The notes under the pieces: model-generated
Databases searched by the model: none
The model's input: only the letters and a program-made list of their open reading frames with translations
What the model was told of the DNA's origin: nothing
Part shown: piece after piece, positions 62,950 to 64,000 of the stretch
How the letters are laid out: each line of letters opens with the position of its first letter
How positions within the stretch are numbered: position 1 is the first letter of the stretch
From: Octopus vulgaris
Taxonomy: Eukaryota
Reading direction: 5' to 3'
Assembly: GCA_951406725.2 (NCBI GenBank)
Contig: OX597829.1
Span: forward strand, 34,658,001 to 34,722,000
DNA length: 64,000 nt
Translations under genes and position numbers: made by a program

Positions 62950-63780
62950 TTAATTGTTATCCTTAACCTATAACCTGTAAATCTTATTCCATTGCCCTAC
63001 TTTTAGCCTCAGCTTAATTTCTATTCCTAATCTTATTCCCTAACTAACCATTAAATCTCTTACCATAACCTCCACTTCTAACTGTAATAATTTATCCTTA
63101 TTACCATCTTAATCTTAATCCTTACCACTAATCCTTACTTTTACTCTTAACCTAAGTTACTCATCTTAATCTCTATCTGTAATCTTAATCCTTAAGCTTA
63201 TTTTGTTCTCTAAATCTTTCTCTAAACCTTAATCTTAGTCTCTTATGCAAATATAATTCTTAGCCTTGATAGATAAAACCAAAGTCTATGAAAAGTCAGT
63301 AAATTAATTTGTAAAACAGGCATACCATTCTAAAATCTCCCTACTTATACAAACTAATCCCAACTTGAAGACTTTACTGAAATTTAACGCATAGCTTTAA
63401 TTATAATCTTAGTTCATGATACTACTGTGCACCTTAACTTTAATCCTTAACCCTAATCTCTAACTTAATCACAAGGTTAATCACTAATCTAAATGCTAAG
63501 TATAATTTTTCCTAACATGTTAACCAAAGATCTTAACTCCCACAGTCATTTCAGCTTCTACTCTCATTCATGCCTATGTTTCTAATCATAATCCCACCGT
63601 AATCTTCCCAAACTATAATCACTAATCTTAATCTTTACTTAAATGCTTACTTCAATCATATTCCTTATCTGGAATTCCTACATTCATCCCAGACATTAAC
63701 GTACATGATTTTAATCCCTTAACTTTAAAAAACTTAACTTTACCCTTTAACCTAACCACAAGTTTGAACATTCAAACTCT
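62950..63780. repeat. Degenerate (CCTAAY/CTTAAY)n low-complexity tract
   Basis: Recurrent cctaat, cttaac and cctaac hexamer-like words with a strand bias. Confidence 0.55.
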
Positions 63781-63940
63781 AATTGTTTTGTTGTTTGGGT
63801 TGCTTTTGCTGCTGCTGTTTCATCATCGTTGTCATTGTCGTCGTTGCCATCTCCTCCTCCTCCACCACCACCACCACAATCATCATCATCATCATCATTC
63901 TCTTCCTTCTCTTCATTGTCCTTATTTTGTATAATTTCAG

Positions 63941-63993
63941 GTGATCACAATCTTGTGCAACAAAAGATACAACAAATGTTGGATGTTTCTGAG
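63941..63993 (+). CDS. TANGO1: TANGO1 exon (start of second coiled coil); gene continues beyond window
   Basis: atttcag| and |gtgagt, phase 1 to 0. Encodes (G)DHNLVQQKIQQMLDVSE, like the family IxQMMDVS motif. Confidence 0.85.
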
Positions 63994-64000
63994 GTGAGTT

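Noticed and set aside
62950-63780. Interstitial telomeric array
   Set aside because: Too degenerate; no run of perfect CCCTAA units.

Overview
AT-rich, microsatellite- and transposon-dense animal genomic DNA; the repeat landscape suggests a coleoid cephalopod (Octopus-like), which is an inference. The whole window lies inside one + strand gene, a TANGO1/MIA3-family ER-exit-site cargo receptor. I reconstructed 18 phase-compatible GT-AG coding exons (143..63993; 2972 nt, about 990 codons, no internal stop). They encode an MIA-type SH3-like (MOTH) domain, an acidic Ser/His-rich luminal region, a membrane segment and cytosolic coiled coils. The first exon and the Pro-rich C-terminus are outside the window. 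Introns hold decayed RTE and CR1/L2-type LINEs, Penelope-like GIY-YIG fragments, several tRNA-derived SINE families, and piggyBac, Tc1/mariner, hAT, MULE and Helitron relics. The best leads are: (1) a phase-compatible candidate alternative terminal exon (38344..38516) that would give a short TANGO1 isoform ending in a hydrophobic tail (...TVFFF-stop), next to a ~290-nt AG-exclusion zone before the large luminal exon; (2) a TSD-flanked ORF1-only (HAL1-like) retroelement nested in a piggyBac, sharing its 3' tail with a SINE; (3) hammerhead-like motifs and several fold-back elements in the pre-mRNA. Repeat boundaries are approximate unless a TSD or TIR is quoted.
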